NCBI GenBank assembly: GCA_964016885.1
Contig: OZ024740.1
Coordinates: 164,238,001-164,302,000, forward strand
Reading direction: 5' to 3'
Length of the DNA: 64,000 nucleotides
Origin: Eledone cirrhosa
Lineage: Eukaryota
The notes beneath the pieces are model-generated. The model made no database searches. It was not told where the DNA came from and saw only the letters and a list, made by a program, of their open reading frames with translations. Each line of letters starts with the position of its first letter. The stretch's first letter is position 1. Below, piece by piece: positions 26,893 to 39,640 of the stretch. Position numbers and translations under genes: made by a program.

Positions 26893-26925
<33 letters not shown>

Positions 26926-26944
26926 GTCGTCGTTGTCGTCGTCG

Positions 26945-26982
<38 letters not shown>

Positions 26983-26995
26983 GTCGTCGACGTCG

Positions 26996-27042
<47 letters not shown>

Positions 27043-27160
27043 GTCGTCATCATCATCATCGTCGTCGTCGTCGTCATCATCATCATCATCATCATTATCC
27101 CGAACTTGATTAATATACCATCATAACCATCATAACCATCATAACCATCATAACCATCAA
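26890..27160. repeat. (ATC)n/(GTC)n microsatellite plus (CCATCATAA)n
   Basis: Direct reading. Confidence 0.95.
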
Positions 27161-27219
27161 CAAGCTGCTGAGGATCATTACTATATACATCTTCACCATC
27201 ATTATCACTATTATTGTCA

Positions 27220-28572
27220 CGGTGGATTCGCAGTATCGATAGAGCGTCGGACATCACGCTTCGTGGCATAGAGTTACGGCCCTTTATTTTCTGATTTCAA
27301 ATCCCACCTAGGTTAGCTTAGCTTTGCTTTTCAACCTTACAGGGTCGATAAAATAAAGTACCAGTACCGTACTAGGGTCAATTTAATCGACTTTCCCTTC
27401 CCCCAGAAGTGTGGACCTTGTGCCTAATGTAGATGAAATGCAAAGTTGACCTCAGCGGGATTTGAACTCAGAACATAAAGAGCCCGAGCAAATACTGCTA
27501 CGCACTTGTCAGACGCTCTTACAACTCTGCCAATCCAACGGTGGTGGATTGGCAGTATCGGTAGAGAGTCGGACGCCATGCTTTGCAGCAAAGAGTTACG
27601 GCCCTTTATGGTCTGAGTTCAAATCCCGCCGAGGTTAACTTTGTCTTTCATACTTACGGGGTCGATAAAATAAAGTACCAGTAATATACTGGGATAATTA
27701 ATTGCTGTCCTTGTGCCAAAAGTAGAAACAATTATTATTGCGGTGGATTGGCAGTATCGGTAGAGGGCTGGACACCATGCTTTGCAGCCTAGAGTTATGG
27801 CCCTTTACGGTCTGAGTTCAACATTCGCTGAGGTTAACTTTGCCTTTCATCCTTACGAGGTCTATAAAATAAAGCACCAGTAATGCACTGGGGTCTATTT
27901 AATCGACTTTCCTCTCCCCTTCAATTGCTGGCCTTGTGCCTAAAATAGAAACAATTATTATTGATAATAATGGTTTCTAAATTAGGCACAAAGCCATCAA
28001 TTCTGGGGGAAGGGGAAGTTGATGAAATCGACACCAGTGCATTACTGGTACTTTATTTTATCGACCTCGTAAGCATGATAGGCAAAGCTAACCTCGGCGG
28101 GATTTGAACTCAGAACGTAAAGACCCCAAGCAAATGCCACTACGCATTTGTCCAATGCTTTAACGTCCTGGCCGTTCCAGCTTTATTATTGATAATAATA
28201 ATTGTTTCTACATTTGACACAAGACCAGTAATTATCCCAGTACGTTACTGGTACTTTATTTTATCGACCCCCTAAGGATGAAAGGCAAATTTAACCTCGA
28301 CGGGATTTGAACTCAGACCGTAAACGGACGTAACTCTTTGCTGGAAAGCATGGCGTCCGACCCTCTACCAATGCTGCCAATCCACCATAATAATAATTGT
28401 TTCTACTTTTGGCACAAGGCCAGCAAATACCCAGTGTATTACTGGTACTTTATTTTATCGACCCCGTAAGGATGAAAGGCAAAGTCAACCTCGGCGGGAT
28501 TTGAACTCAGATCGTAAAGGGACGTAACTATGCTGGAAAGCATGGCGTCCGACTCTCTACCGATACTGCCAA
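27220..28572. mobile_element. Cluster of about 7 SINE copies in both orientations
   Basis: + copies ~27220-27433, 27540-27735, 27740-27960; - copies ~27438-27540 (partial), 27970-28180, 28200-28387, 28395-28572. Confidence 0.9.
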
Positions 28573-29002
28573 TAATGATGATAAATTAGCAGAAAAATGA
28601 CTTTGAAACAAGAAAAGAAATATATTTTTAAAAATTAATAGATTGAAGCATTCCTCGTTCCTCCTCCTACTCCTCATCTTCCACTTCATCTCCCTTTCCA
28701 TTGATGACTATTAGTGTGAATTCTTGGAATTTATGTTGTATCCAAGTGATAGAAGAAAACACATTTTGTGTGAGTTGAATGAGTTACGTGGGTAGGGAGG
28801 GAGAAAAGTCGTTAAAGTTTCAATTAAAGATTTAAATTACATTATATTTTCACCATTGCCGCCTGAACCGTTACTCTTCTATTAAATCTGGGTCGCTTGC
28901 ACCCTCACAGATCAACACTGACCTCTTGTCGACGGATCGAGGAATTCAGACGATCGACGTCAGTGACTTTGACAAATATTACACAGCTTTTGAAGCACAT
29001 GA

Positions 29003-29410
29003 GAAACAACAACAACAGCAACAGCAGCAACACCAACAGTAACAACAGCAACAACAGTAGCAGCAGTAATAACAACACCAACAGTAACAACAGCAACAAT
29101 AGCAGCAGTAACAACAACAGCAGCAGATGCAGCAACAGCAGCAGTAACAGCAGCATCAGCTGTAGCAGCAACAGCAGCAGTAACAGCAACATCAGCAGTA
29201 GCAGCAACAGCAGCAGTAACAGCAACAGCAGCATCAATAGCAGTAGCAACCTAAGCAAAGACAGCGGACGCAACAACAGCAGTAACAACAAAGCAATAAC
29301 AGCAGCAGCAATAGCAGCAGCAAGAACCACAGCAAAAGCAACAACAACAGCAGACTCAGCAGCAACAACAGTAACAGCAACAACAGCAACAGCAATAACA
29401 ACAATGATAA
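29003..29410. repeat. Degenerate (AAC/AGC)n low-complexity tract
   Basis: Direct reading; explains the overlapping 190-194 aa ORFs. Confidence 0.9.
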
Positions 29411-29793
29411 TGGATGCCCTGCGCCACCAGAAAGAAAGTCGTTTTATTAAATTCCTTTCCGTTTTCTCCCCACTCAAATAAATTCAGGCCCATTTTCATT
29501 TCAGATTTATTTTATTACATTTCTTTTGGAGTTTATACATATATTTGCTTTTTAATGTAAACTTTTTTAAAAATTTATTTTATCATTATTATTTATTTAT
29601 TTTATCATTATTTATTTATTTATTTATTTTATTTATTATTTAATTTTTAGTTTTGTATAAATCATAGCATCGACTTTCGTTCAGTATTGCAAGGTTGGAC
29701 AACAGCAGAAAATGGTGAATTTAAACTAGCGTGTAGATTGATTTATTAAGAAGTATGGGTAACAAACATAATGACACACACATACAGAGAGAA

Positions 29794-29824
<31 letters not shown>

Positions 29825-29836
29825 TAGAGAGAGAGA

Positions 29837-29899
<63 letters not shown>

Positions 29900-30471
29900 A
29901 TGTATGCAGCCAGAAAGACATGCATATATATACAGACATGCAAACTGACAGACAAACATACATACAGGCAGACTGACATAACCACCGTTGTTTCGAGAAA
30001 ATAATATACTTTCAGAATGGATTTAAACACATGAGTAGTACATACAGCATGAGTGTATGGTACTAACGAAGCAGACAAACTGACAAAACCACTTATTCAT
30101 TGTCTCTTACCTCTTCTCCCACCCTTTCTCATCCTCACTTTCTGATGAAAGGTAAGTGCTGAAAACGTTAATTTATTCACTCTTCACGGCAGTAGAATTG
30201 AGTGCATTCTACTTCGAACTCTCAAATAAATAAATACAAGTAATGCATGTCAGAGATATTTCAACCTTATTGTGCATATTGGATTATTATATTATGTGTG
30301 GGAAAGAATTGCTTATATATACATATATATTGACCATTTGATCTTCATGTGTGCCGAATGGACTGGACTTCTGGAGAGGCAGAAAAGCAATGGCAATCGT
30401 GAGTGATAATTCCAATTTTCAATGTAGAAAACAAAAGGAGAGCTCTAATTATAGAGGGATCTCCTTGTTAA

Positions 30472-31133
30472 GCAACGACGGTTGCTAAACACTGTACGGC
30501 TTAATTCGGGATGTTTGTTTACAAACAAACTGAGCATTATAATATATGTTCGGTAAATCCATACGTACATATATATATGTGTGCATGTATGTATATATAT
30601 ATACATACTACTGTACGTCTGTATACATATATGTATGTACGTATACATACTTATATTTAAATAACGGCGGTATTAAGAGTGAGAAATGAAATTTCGTTTT
30701 ATTTTTTCCATTTATCGTTTTCGGTGCGCCCGGCCGATTAACTCACTCGATATGCAAATTAGGCTGCCCAGCCGTTAATATGCACAAGGAAAGTATATAC
30801 TTTCAGACGTTCAATCATCTGGCAGGAAGGTATACGATGCTGACGATAGCTAATAAGCTTGAAACTAGTACATCGTTCCTTTGTCAGTGTTGAACAAAAG
30901 GGCAACGATGGTTGCTAAACACTGTACGGCTTATTTCGGGCTGTTTGTTTGCAAACAAACCGAGCATTATAATAAATGTTCGGTAAATCCATACGTACAT
31001 TTATATATGTGTGCATGTATGTATATATATACATACTACTGTACGTTTGTATACATATATGTATGTACGTATACATACTTATATTTAAGTAACAGCCGTA
31101 CTAAGAGTGAGATTTCGTTTCATTTTTTCCATT
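30472..31133 (+). mobile_element. Diverged ~1.5-unit copy of the hammerhead-bearing repeat at 3005-5099
   Basis: GCAACGA.GGTTGCTAAACACTG at 30472 and 30902 (430-bp period); shares AAGAGTGAGAAATGAAATTTCGTTTT...GATATGCAAATTAGGCTGC. Confidence 0.85.
30835..30875 (+). ncRNA. Minimal type-I hammerhead ribozyme motif
   Basis: CGATG CTGACGA T AGC TAATAA GCT T GAAA CTAG TA CATCG; perfect stem I; differences from the 3366 copy fall only at N7, loop II and a G-U to A-U pair. Confidence 0.88.
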
Positions 31134-31190
<57 letters not shown>

Positions 31191-31242
31191 GTATATCTCA
31201 CTATCTTGTATCTTTATATTTTTTCTTCTATTTCCCCATTCT

Positions 31243-31280
31243 ATCTACTGATGAAGGACCAGCGTCTGAAACGTTAAGAT
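31243..31280 (+). ncRNA. Minimal Penelope-type hammerhead motif
   Basis: ATCTA CTGATGA A GGA CCAGCG TCT GAAA CGT T AAGAT; palindromic ACGT stem III, imperfect stem I. Confidence 0.6.
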
Positions 31281-31380
31281 TATTTCCCTAATATGTCAGG
31301 CGTTAAACTAATAATTATTCTCAAAGTACTCTATCGTTTGTTGTGTGGTTTTCGGTTTCTCACACAAACACATATACACG

Positions 31381-31463
<83 letters not shown>

Positions 31464-31576
31464 ATAGTAATGATAATAAATTTGAAGACTAAAATCCAAA
31501 GAGGGCTCGATAAGGATAAATATATATCAAATATATAAGAACCGTAGAGCAAATATTTATTAAAATAACAGATTAA

Positions 31577-31626
31577 AGTTTAAGCAAGAATCGCTGCTTT
31601 CACCCTTAACGGGATCTTCTGAAACT
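31577..31626 (-). ncRNA. Non-canonical hammerhead motif (CAGAAGA core) in the left inverted pseudo-LTR
   Basis: Minus strand: AGTTT CAGAAGA T CCC GTTAA GGG T GAAA GCAG CGATTC TTGC TT AAACT. Confidence 0.65.
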
Positions 31627-31953
31627 AACAAAGTCAATCTGTAAACGCAGAAGTAGATATTTCAAAACACGTTGCAACCGGAGGAAGACAGGAAGACGAT
31701 ACTTTGGCAAGTGGAAACGTTCCCTGGCAAAGAACGGGAAAAAACGAATAATACGTCATTAATAGCAGCTGTGAAAAACAATTACACGCAAAGACAGAAC
31801 CACGTTTATGGTATAAAAGAAGTCGTAGACTAATGTTCTCTTAGGTGGTTCATAGAGACGTTCTCTGGCAATGAACGGAAAAAAACGAAGATAATACGTC
31901 ATATGTGGAGGGTGGAGTCCCTCGGTTGAGCACTCTATTGACTTATATACATC

Positions 31954-34082
31954 ATGCAGAAACAACATCTGAATATTTCTACAAAGAACATACCCGTACC
32001 AAGCATGAAAACATACCTAAAACTCCTGATACAGAAAACAGACGCGTTCATTAAAAGGTTGCGTTGGCGTGCCTTCTATTTCGATAATCCGCAAAAAGCA
32101 GACAACAAACAGGATAAATTTGGGTTTAAAACCTATAATAATCCCCCGTGTAACCCAGCATTGCTACCCTTCAAAAATGATGTCTTGGAACTCATACGGA
32201 GTATCAAATTTCGGAATAGGAGCGATTCCTTCCAGCAGGACCTGAAGAATAGAATTCGTTCTATTAAGGATTCTAATGCCGTGCACGTCCATTCCGACAA
32301 AACTGGCAACCTATATCAAGTGGAGCGCAGTACTTACCATCAACTACTACATAATGTTGTAACTAAGGATTACCGTAAAACTAATCGGTGCGTCATCAAT
32401 GAAATCAACGATGCTGGGTTTAAAATCACCTATAATCTCAACATCCTGGACCGGATCGAACTTCTGGACCCTATTTCCCCCCACTTTAGCCTGAAGGATC
32501 ACAAATCCAATTTTCCGAACAACCCCTCTATTCGGCTTATTAACCCTACGAAGTCCGATTTAGGTAGACTTAGTAAAAGGATTCTTGATAGAATTATACC
32601 TGAAATTAGAAGTTTGGCCCCTCTTGCACTGTGGAACAATTCTTACGCGGTGATTGATTGGTTCAACGGAATATGCAACAAGGAACATTGCCGTTTTATC
32701 CAATTCGACATCAACAATTACTACACCTCCATCACTTTACCACTTCTCCTTAGAGCTATCAATTTCGCTAAAACACTCACAGTGGTTAAGAATTTCGAAG
32801 TTGATGTCATCCTCAATGCCCGTAAGTCGGTGATTCATTTCGACGACTCTATTTGGATTAAAAAATCTAATAGTACCCCATTCGACGTGAGTATGGGCGC
32901 CAGCGATTCTGCGGAGGTTACTGATCTTATCAGCCTTTTCCTTCTTTTCTCTATCAAGGACGAATTCCCTAACGCGGGTGGTGGTTTGTAGCGTGATGAT
33001 GGTCTTTTGACCATGACTAAGTGCGGACCTCGTGTTTGCGACAGGTTCAGAAAAGAACTCACAGCCTTCTTTAAAGGCTTCAACCTCTCTATACAGGTTG
33101 AGGCCAATCTCTCGGTCGTTAATTACCTCGACGTTACCCTCAATTTATCGAATGGGTTGTATTACCCGTATAGAAAGCCGAATGATACGCTTAATTACAG
33201 AAGTAAGCATTCCAACCATCCTGCCAGCATAACCAATAACCTGGTAAGAAACGTTTCGTTGAGGCTTTCCCGTCTGTCTACTAACGAGCATATTTTCAAC
33301 GACCATTCCACTTACTACAATGAAGCTCTTGCTCGGAGTGGATTTGTCGAGAAGGTAGCATATTCAGAGTACGAAAGTAGACCTAGAAGAAATAGATCCC
33401 GTCGCATTTGTTGGTATAACCCACCATATAATATGGAGGTGGCGACACCATTAGCTAAGATCTTTCTTTCCCTTATTACGAAGCATTTTCCCCCTACACA
33501 TAAATATAGTAAAATTTTTAATAGAAATACTATTAAAATTTTTTACTCTACGACTCCTAACCTTGCACATAACATCACAGCTTCAAATTTAGCTAAACTA
33601 CCTAGCCGTAGGAACACGTACAACCCTGTAGTTAGTACTAACTGTAATTGTAGGAATCGGGTTGACTGCCCCCTATCCGGGAAATGCCTCTCTAGTAACA
33701 TTGTCTACAAATGTAAGGTTGAAACACCCACGTCCCGTAGGGCCTACATAGGGTTAACCGCCAATAGATTCAAGCAGCGTCTTTACATGCAACCCATTCT
33801 TTTTGTTACCCTCTAAGAAGTAACATGACGTCACTTTCAGCTTATATCTGGAGTCTAAAAGACAACCACACCCAATATAAGTTACACTGGGAGATCCTAG
33901 CTAGGGCTAGATCGTATAACGGAAATAAAAGACCATGTGACCTCTGCGCCGCTGAGGCCCTGGAAATACTCTACGCCACAGACCACATCTTAAACAAAAA
34001 ATCTGAAGCAATTTCGGCTTGTAAACATAAATTGCACAAAACTTTCCTGTATTACAGCCCCACATTATACCCTAACGGATAG
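31954..34082 (+). pseudogene. Penelope-like reverse transcriptase plus GIY-YIG endonuclease, disrupted (possibly Naiad clade)
   Basis: RT motifs RLINP, FIQFDINNYY, FDVSMGA, GL*RDDGL (TAG at 32989-32991 in place of Y; next ORF in frame), YLDVTL, HSNHP; CNC..CPLSGKC linker; IVY..AYIG..R GIY-YIG; a 1-nt frameshift near 33790 leads into CDLC..E..ILNKKSE. Confidence 0.93.
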
Positions 34083-34671
34083 TACGATCTATACGTGGAT
34101 ATTTTACGTATTGATGTGGTAGCTAAGTATATGTTATGTTTATACCATTACTTATTTGCATAGGTAAGTATATATTACCTGTATGTTTTGTGAAGGTACG
34201 TATACATTCTCGTACGTATATTTGATTGTATATGTTATGGCGTATAATTTTATATATTCTGGTACATATGGTTTGGTTATGTGTATACGGGAGTTTTGCG
34301 TCTGTGTGAGTATGCAGTTTCGTACGTATGTAGGGTGTGTGTATATGTGTACTTCATGTTTTGGTTGACGTACGAATCCGAACATTTGTGTATTTACATG
34401 TAGGTATGTGTGTGCGCATGTTATATACGTATTTATTTATTTATATACGTTTATTTATTTATTTATTTATTTGTATACACGCACACACACACACACATAT
34501 TTATATGTGCGTCGTTTTGTATACCTATGGCAAGTGTTTTCGCGTATGCTTGTGTATGTACGTATTTGCATGCGTGTATGTATTTATTTAATTTCTATTA
34601 CCTCTGTATTGTATTTTATTACTTTATTCTTAACTGTGAAGGGAGATTATTTCGGTTTTCTAGTTAGAATT

Positions 34672-34942
34672 TTAGTCTACGACTTCAGCTATACCATTTA
34701 CTTGGTTTTGTCTTTGCGTGCAATTGTTATTCACGCCCCACATATGACGTATTATCTTCGTTTTTTCCGTTCTTTGCCAGAGAACGTCTCTATGAACCAC
34801 CTAAGAGAACATTAGTCTACGACTTCTTTTATACCATAAACGTGGTTCTGTCTTTGCGTGTAATTGTTTTTCACCGCTCCTATTAATGACGTATTATATT
34901 CGTTTTTTCCCGTTCTTTGCCAGGGAACGTTTCCACGAACCA
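34672..34942. repeat. ~140-bp diverged tandem repeat in the Penelope 3' region
   Basis: TTAGTCTACGACTTC at ~34672 and ~34812, with matching continuation. Confidence 0.85.
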
Positions 34943-35020
34943 AAGTATCGTCTTCCTGTCTTCCTCCGGTTGCAACGTTTTTAGAAATATCTACTTCTGC
35001 GTTTACAGATTGACTTTGTT

Positions 35021-35071
35021 AGTTTCAGAAGATCCCGCTAAGGGTGAAAGAGGCGATTCTTTTCTTAAACT
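35021..35071 (+). ncRNA. Non-canonical hammerhead motif (CAGAAGA core) in the right pseudo-LTR
   Basis: AGTTT CAGAAGA T CCC GCTAA GGG T GAAA GAGG CGATTCT TTTC TT AAACT. Confidence 0.65.
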
Positions 35072-35134
35072 TTAATCTGTTATTTTAATAAATATATATA
35101 TATGTATATATATATATATAAATATCTATATCTC

Positions 35135-35162
<28 letters not shown>

Positions 35163-35166
<4 letters not shown>

Positions 35167-35567
35167 TATTGGTAAACGGAATAGAAAATGCTGACAAATT
35201 GTTCACAGTTGAAAAATGGTTTAATTAGGAATAAAAGAGTATTAGTGATTGTATGGGTTAGTATTCAGTTGTGGTTTTAAGTTTTTAAGTTTTTACCGGT
35301 TGCGCATTTCTAAATGCTTTTCAAAAATAATTTTGAGATAGAGTGTCCGTGCTGTTTGCTCTGATCTGAGCAAACAGCACGGACACTCTATCTCAAAATT
35401 ATTTTTGAAAAGCATTTAGAAATGCGCAACCGGCAAAAACTTAAAAACTTAAAACCACAACTGAATACTAACCCATACAATCACTAATACTCTTTTATAC
35501 CTAATTAAACCATTTTTTTAACTGTGAACAATTTGTCAGCATTTTCTATTCCGTTTACCAATATATA
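35163..35567. repeat. ~400-bp near-perfect palindrome
   Basis: ~200-bp arms around TGATCT (35362-35367), with only a few mismatches or indels. Confidence 0.97.
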
Positions 35568-35596
35568 ATAACTTGTGTGTTACACCTCTATTCTTT

Positions 35597-35631
<35 letters not shown>

Positions 35632-35637
<6 letters not shown>

Positions 35638-36010
35638 CTCTTTAGCCCTGCCAAGGATTTGCTTTCCTTTTCGCATGTGCTGCAGTGATAAACATTACTT
35701 CCACTTTGGTTCGTTCTCTGTTTGGTGAGTTTTTGGTGGCGGTCAACCAGCTCAGACATATTGTTTTCCACACTTCCGACAGGAAGAAATGCTAAAGACA
35801 CCGTAATCGGCATCATTTTGTCCATTGCTTCTAAGATGATTTCTAAGACCACCTTTACTGGGGCAAATTTCGTCACACTCATTGAATATACTGTCAATTT
35901 GAGCATCTGGGAATCGAGACAGAGAAACAGGAACAGTATTTCTATGGGTTGTTTATATTTAGCCTCAGTTGAGCTTTCCTTGAAAAGATCTATGAACAAA
36001 GACATTCAAG
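35632..36010 (-). mobile_element. Probable RTE-type LINE C-terminal zinc-finger fragment
   Basis: YHCSTCEKESKSLAGLKSH, plus a second decayed finger FNECDEICPSKGGLRNHLRS in another frame. Confidence 0.5.
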
Positions 36011-36424
36011 CCATGGCCTTTTCGTATTTTATTTTAAGAAAATATTATGTAATTTATTCTTTCCTATTTAAACATTTTTTTTCTGCGTATTGGGGAGACT
36101 GTAAGTATGGTAAATGGAATACGAAGGAAATTTGACTGCTATTTCTCGCAGATCAAGTGATCGGGTAGGAGTCTCCAGATTTTGTTTGACAGCAATAACT
36201 TAATCCTGTAGTCAACAATATGAGTAACTGCAATGCCGTCTGCAGTGTCAAGAACAGCAGCAGCAGCAGCAGCAGCAGCAAGACTAACATCAGTAAAGGC
36301 AGCAATAACAATAGCAACAACAACAGCAGCATTATCAATAAAAACCAAATAAAAAGAGCAACAGCAGCAACAAGAACCACAATAACTGTTAGAGCAAAAA
36401 ATGGCAAAAAAAAAATGAAGAATA

Positions 36425-39400
36425 GTAGGGATAACAGTAACAACAACAACAGGGACAACAGTAACAACACCAACAATTGGGACAACAGTAACAGCAACAA
36501 CTGGGATAACAGTAACAACAACAACACCAACAACTGGGACAACAGGAACAACAACAACACCAACAACTGGGACAACAGTAACACCAACAACTGGGACAAC
36601 AGTAACACCAAAAACTGGAACAACAGTAACAACAACAACAGTAACAACAACAACACCAACAACTGGGACAACAGTAACAACGACAACACCAACAACTGGG
36701 ACAACAGTAACACCAAAACTGGGACAACAGTAACAACAACAACACCAACAACTGGGACAACAGTAACAACAACAACACCAACAACTGGGACAACAGTAAT
36801 AACGACAACACCAACAACTGGGACAACAGTAACAACAACAACAACAAGAGGGACAACAGTAACACCAACAACTGGGACAAGAGTAACACCAACAACTAGA
36901 ACAACAGTAACAACAATAACACCAACAACTGGGTCAAGAGTAACAACAATAATAGGGACAACAGTAACAACGACAACACCAACAACTGGGACAACAGTAA
37001 CACCAACAATTGGGACAAGAGTCACAACAACTAGGACAAAAGTAACAACAATAACACCAACAACTGGGACAAGAGTAACAAAAACAACTAGAACAGTAAC
37101 AACGACAACACCAACAACTGGAACAACAGTAACACCAACAATTGGGACAACAGTCACAACAACTAGGACAAAAGTAACAACAATAACACCAACAACTGGG
37201 ACAAGAGTAACAAAAACAACTAGAACAGTAACAACGACAACACCAACAACTGGAACAACAGTAACACCAACAATTGGGACAACAGTCACAATAACTAGGA
37301 CAAAAGTAACAACAATAACACCAACAACTGGGACAAGAGTAACAAAAACAACTAGAACAACAGTAACAACGACAACACCAACAACTGGGACAACAGTAAC
37401 ACCAACAATTGGGACAACACTCACAACAACTAGGACAAAAGTAACAACAATACCACCAACAACTGGGACAAGAGTAACAAAAACAACTAGAACAACAGTA
37501 ACAACAACAACACCAACAACTGGGACAACAGTAACAACAGTAACAACAGTAACAACAGTAACAACAGTAACAACAGTAACAACAACAACAACAACAACAA
37601 CACCAACAATAACAACACCAACAACTGGGCAACAGTAACAATAACAACAGCAACAACTGGCTCAGCAATAACAACAATACCAATAACAGTAACAACAACA
37701 CCAACAAAAGTAACAACAACACCAATAACAGGGACAACAGTAACATCAACACCAACAACTGGGACAACAGTAACAACAAAACCAACAGTAACAACAACAC
37801 CAACAGGGACAACAGTAACAACAACAACACCAACAGTAACAACACCAACAACTGGGACAACAGTAACAACAAAACCAACAGTAACAACAACACCAACAGG
37901 GACAACAGTAACAACAACAACACCAACAGTAACAACACCAACAACTGGGACAACAGTAACAATAACAACACCAACAACTGGGTCAACAATAACAACGACA
38001 CCAACTGGGTCAATAATAACAATAACAACGACAACACCAACGACTGGGACAGCAGTAACAAGGACAGCACCAACAACTGACCCAACAGTAACAACAACAA
38101 CACCAACAACTGGGATAACAGTAACATCGACAACACCAACGACTGGGACAACAGTAAGACCAGCAACTGGGACAACAGTAACACCAACAACAACAGGGAC
38201 AACAGTAACACCAACAACTGGGACAACAGTAACAACAACAACTAGGACAACAATAACAACAATAGCACCATCAACTGGGACAAAAGTAACAACAATAAGT
38301 GGGACTACAGTAACAACGACAACACCAACAACTGGGGCAACAGTAACAACAACAACTGGGAAACAGTAACAACAACAACAACAGGGACAACACTAACACC
38401 AACAACTGGAACAAGCGTAACAACAACAACTAAGACAAAAGTAACAACGACAACACCAACAACTGGGACAACAGTAAAAATAACAACACCAACAACTGGG
38501 ACAAGAGTAACACCAACAATTGGGACAACAGTAACAACAACAACTAGGGCAACAGTAACAACAATAGCACCAACAACTGGGACAACAGTAACAACGACAA
38601 CAGTAACAACGACAACACCACCAACTGAGACAACAGTAACACCAACAACTGGGACAACAGTAACAATAACAACACCAACAACTGGGTCAACAATAACAAC
38701 AACACCAACAACAGTAACAACAGCACCAACAACAGGGACAAAAGAAACAATAACAACACCAACAACTGGGTCAACAATAACAACAACACCAACAACAGTA
38801 ACAACAGCACCAACAACAGGGACAAAAGAAACAATAACAACACCAACAACTGGGTCAACAATAACAACAACACCAACAACAGTAACAACAACACCAACAA
38901 CTGGGACAAAAGTAACAATAACAACACCAACAACTGGGTCAACAATAACAACAACACCAACAACAGTAACAACAGCACCAACAACTGGGACAACAGTAAC
39001 AACAACAACTAGGGCAACAGTAACAACACCACCAACAACTGGGAAACAGTAACAACAACAACTGGGACAACAGCAACAACACCACCAACAACTGGGAAAC
39101 AGTAACAACAACAACTGGGACAACAGTAACAACAACAACTAGGGCAACAGTAACAACAATAATACCAATAACTGGGACAACAGTAACAACAACAAGTGGG
39201 ACAACAGTAACAACAACAACTGGGACAACAGTAACAACGACAACACCAACAACTGGGATAACAGTAACACCAACAACTGGGACAACAGTAACAACAAGAA
39301 CAGCAACAACTGGGACAAGAGTAACAACAACAAATGGGACAACAGTAACGACAACACTAACAACTGGGACAACAGTAACAACAAAAGCACCAAGAACTGG

Positions 39401-39442
39401 GACAACACTAACAACAAAAGCACCAACAACTAGGACAACAGT

Positions 39443-39473
<31 letters not shown>

Positions 39474-39640
39474 CCAACAACAGTAACCACAACACCAACA
39501 ACAGGAACAATAATAACATTAACAACACCAACAACTGGGACAGCAGTAACAACAACAACACCAACAGTAACATCACCAGCAACTGGGACAACAGTAACAA
39601 TAACAACACTAACAACTGGGTCAACAATAACAACGACACC
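36425..39640 (+). repeat. AAC-derived minisatellite, ~30-bp unit ACAACACCAACAACTGGGACAACAGTAACA (reads TTPTTGTTVT)
   Basis: Unit seen directly; ~120-bp (36960-37520) and 60-bp (38660-38990) higher-order repeats; several frame breaks. Confidence 0.95.

Larger units (their letters stand above)
31553..35095 (+). mobile_element. Penelope-like retroelement with inverted pseudo-LTRs
   Basis: 31553-31907 is the reverse complement of ~34738-35095; these enclose the RT plus GIY-YIG reading frame. Confidence 0.93.

Noticed and set aside
30142-30170. CTGATGA..GAAAACGTTA hammerhead-like string
   Set aside because: Stems I and II pair poorly; counted only as a damaged relative of the 31243 motif
32989-32991. 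In-frame stop as selenocysteine or read-through recoding
   Set aside because: It is TAG at a Tyr position, not TGA at a Cys position; a single nonsense substitution is simpler and the element also has a frameshift
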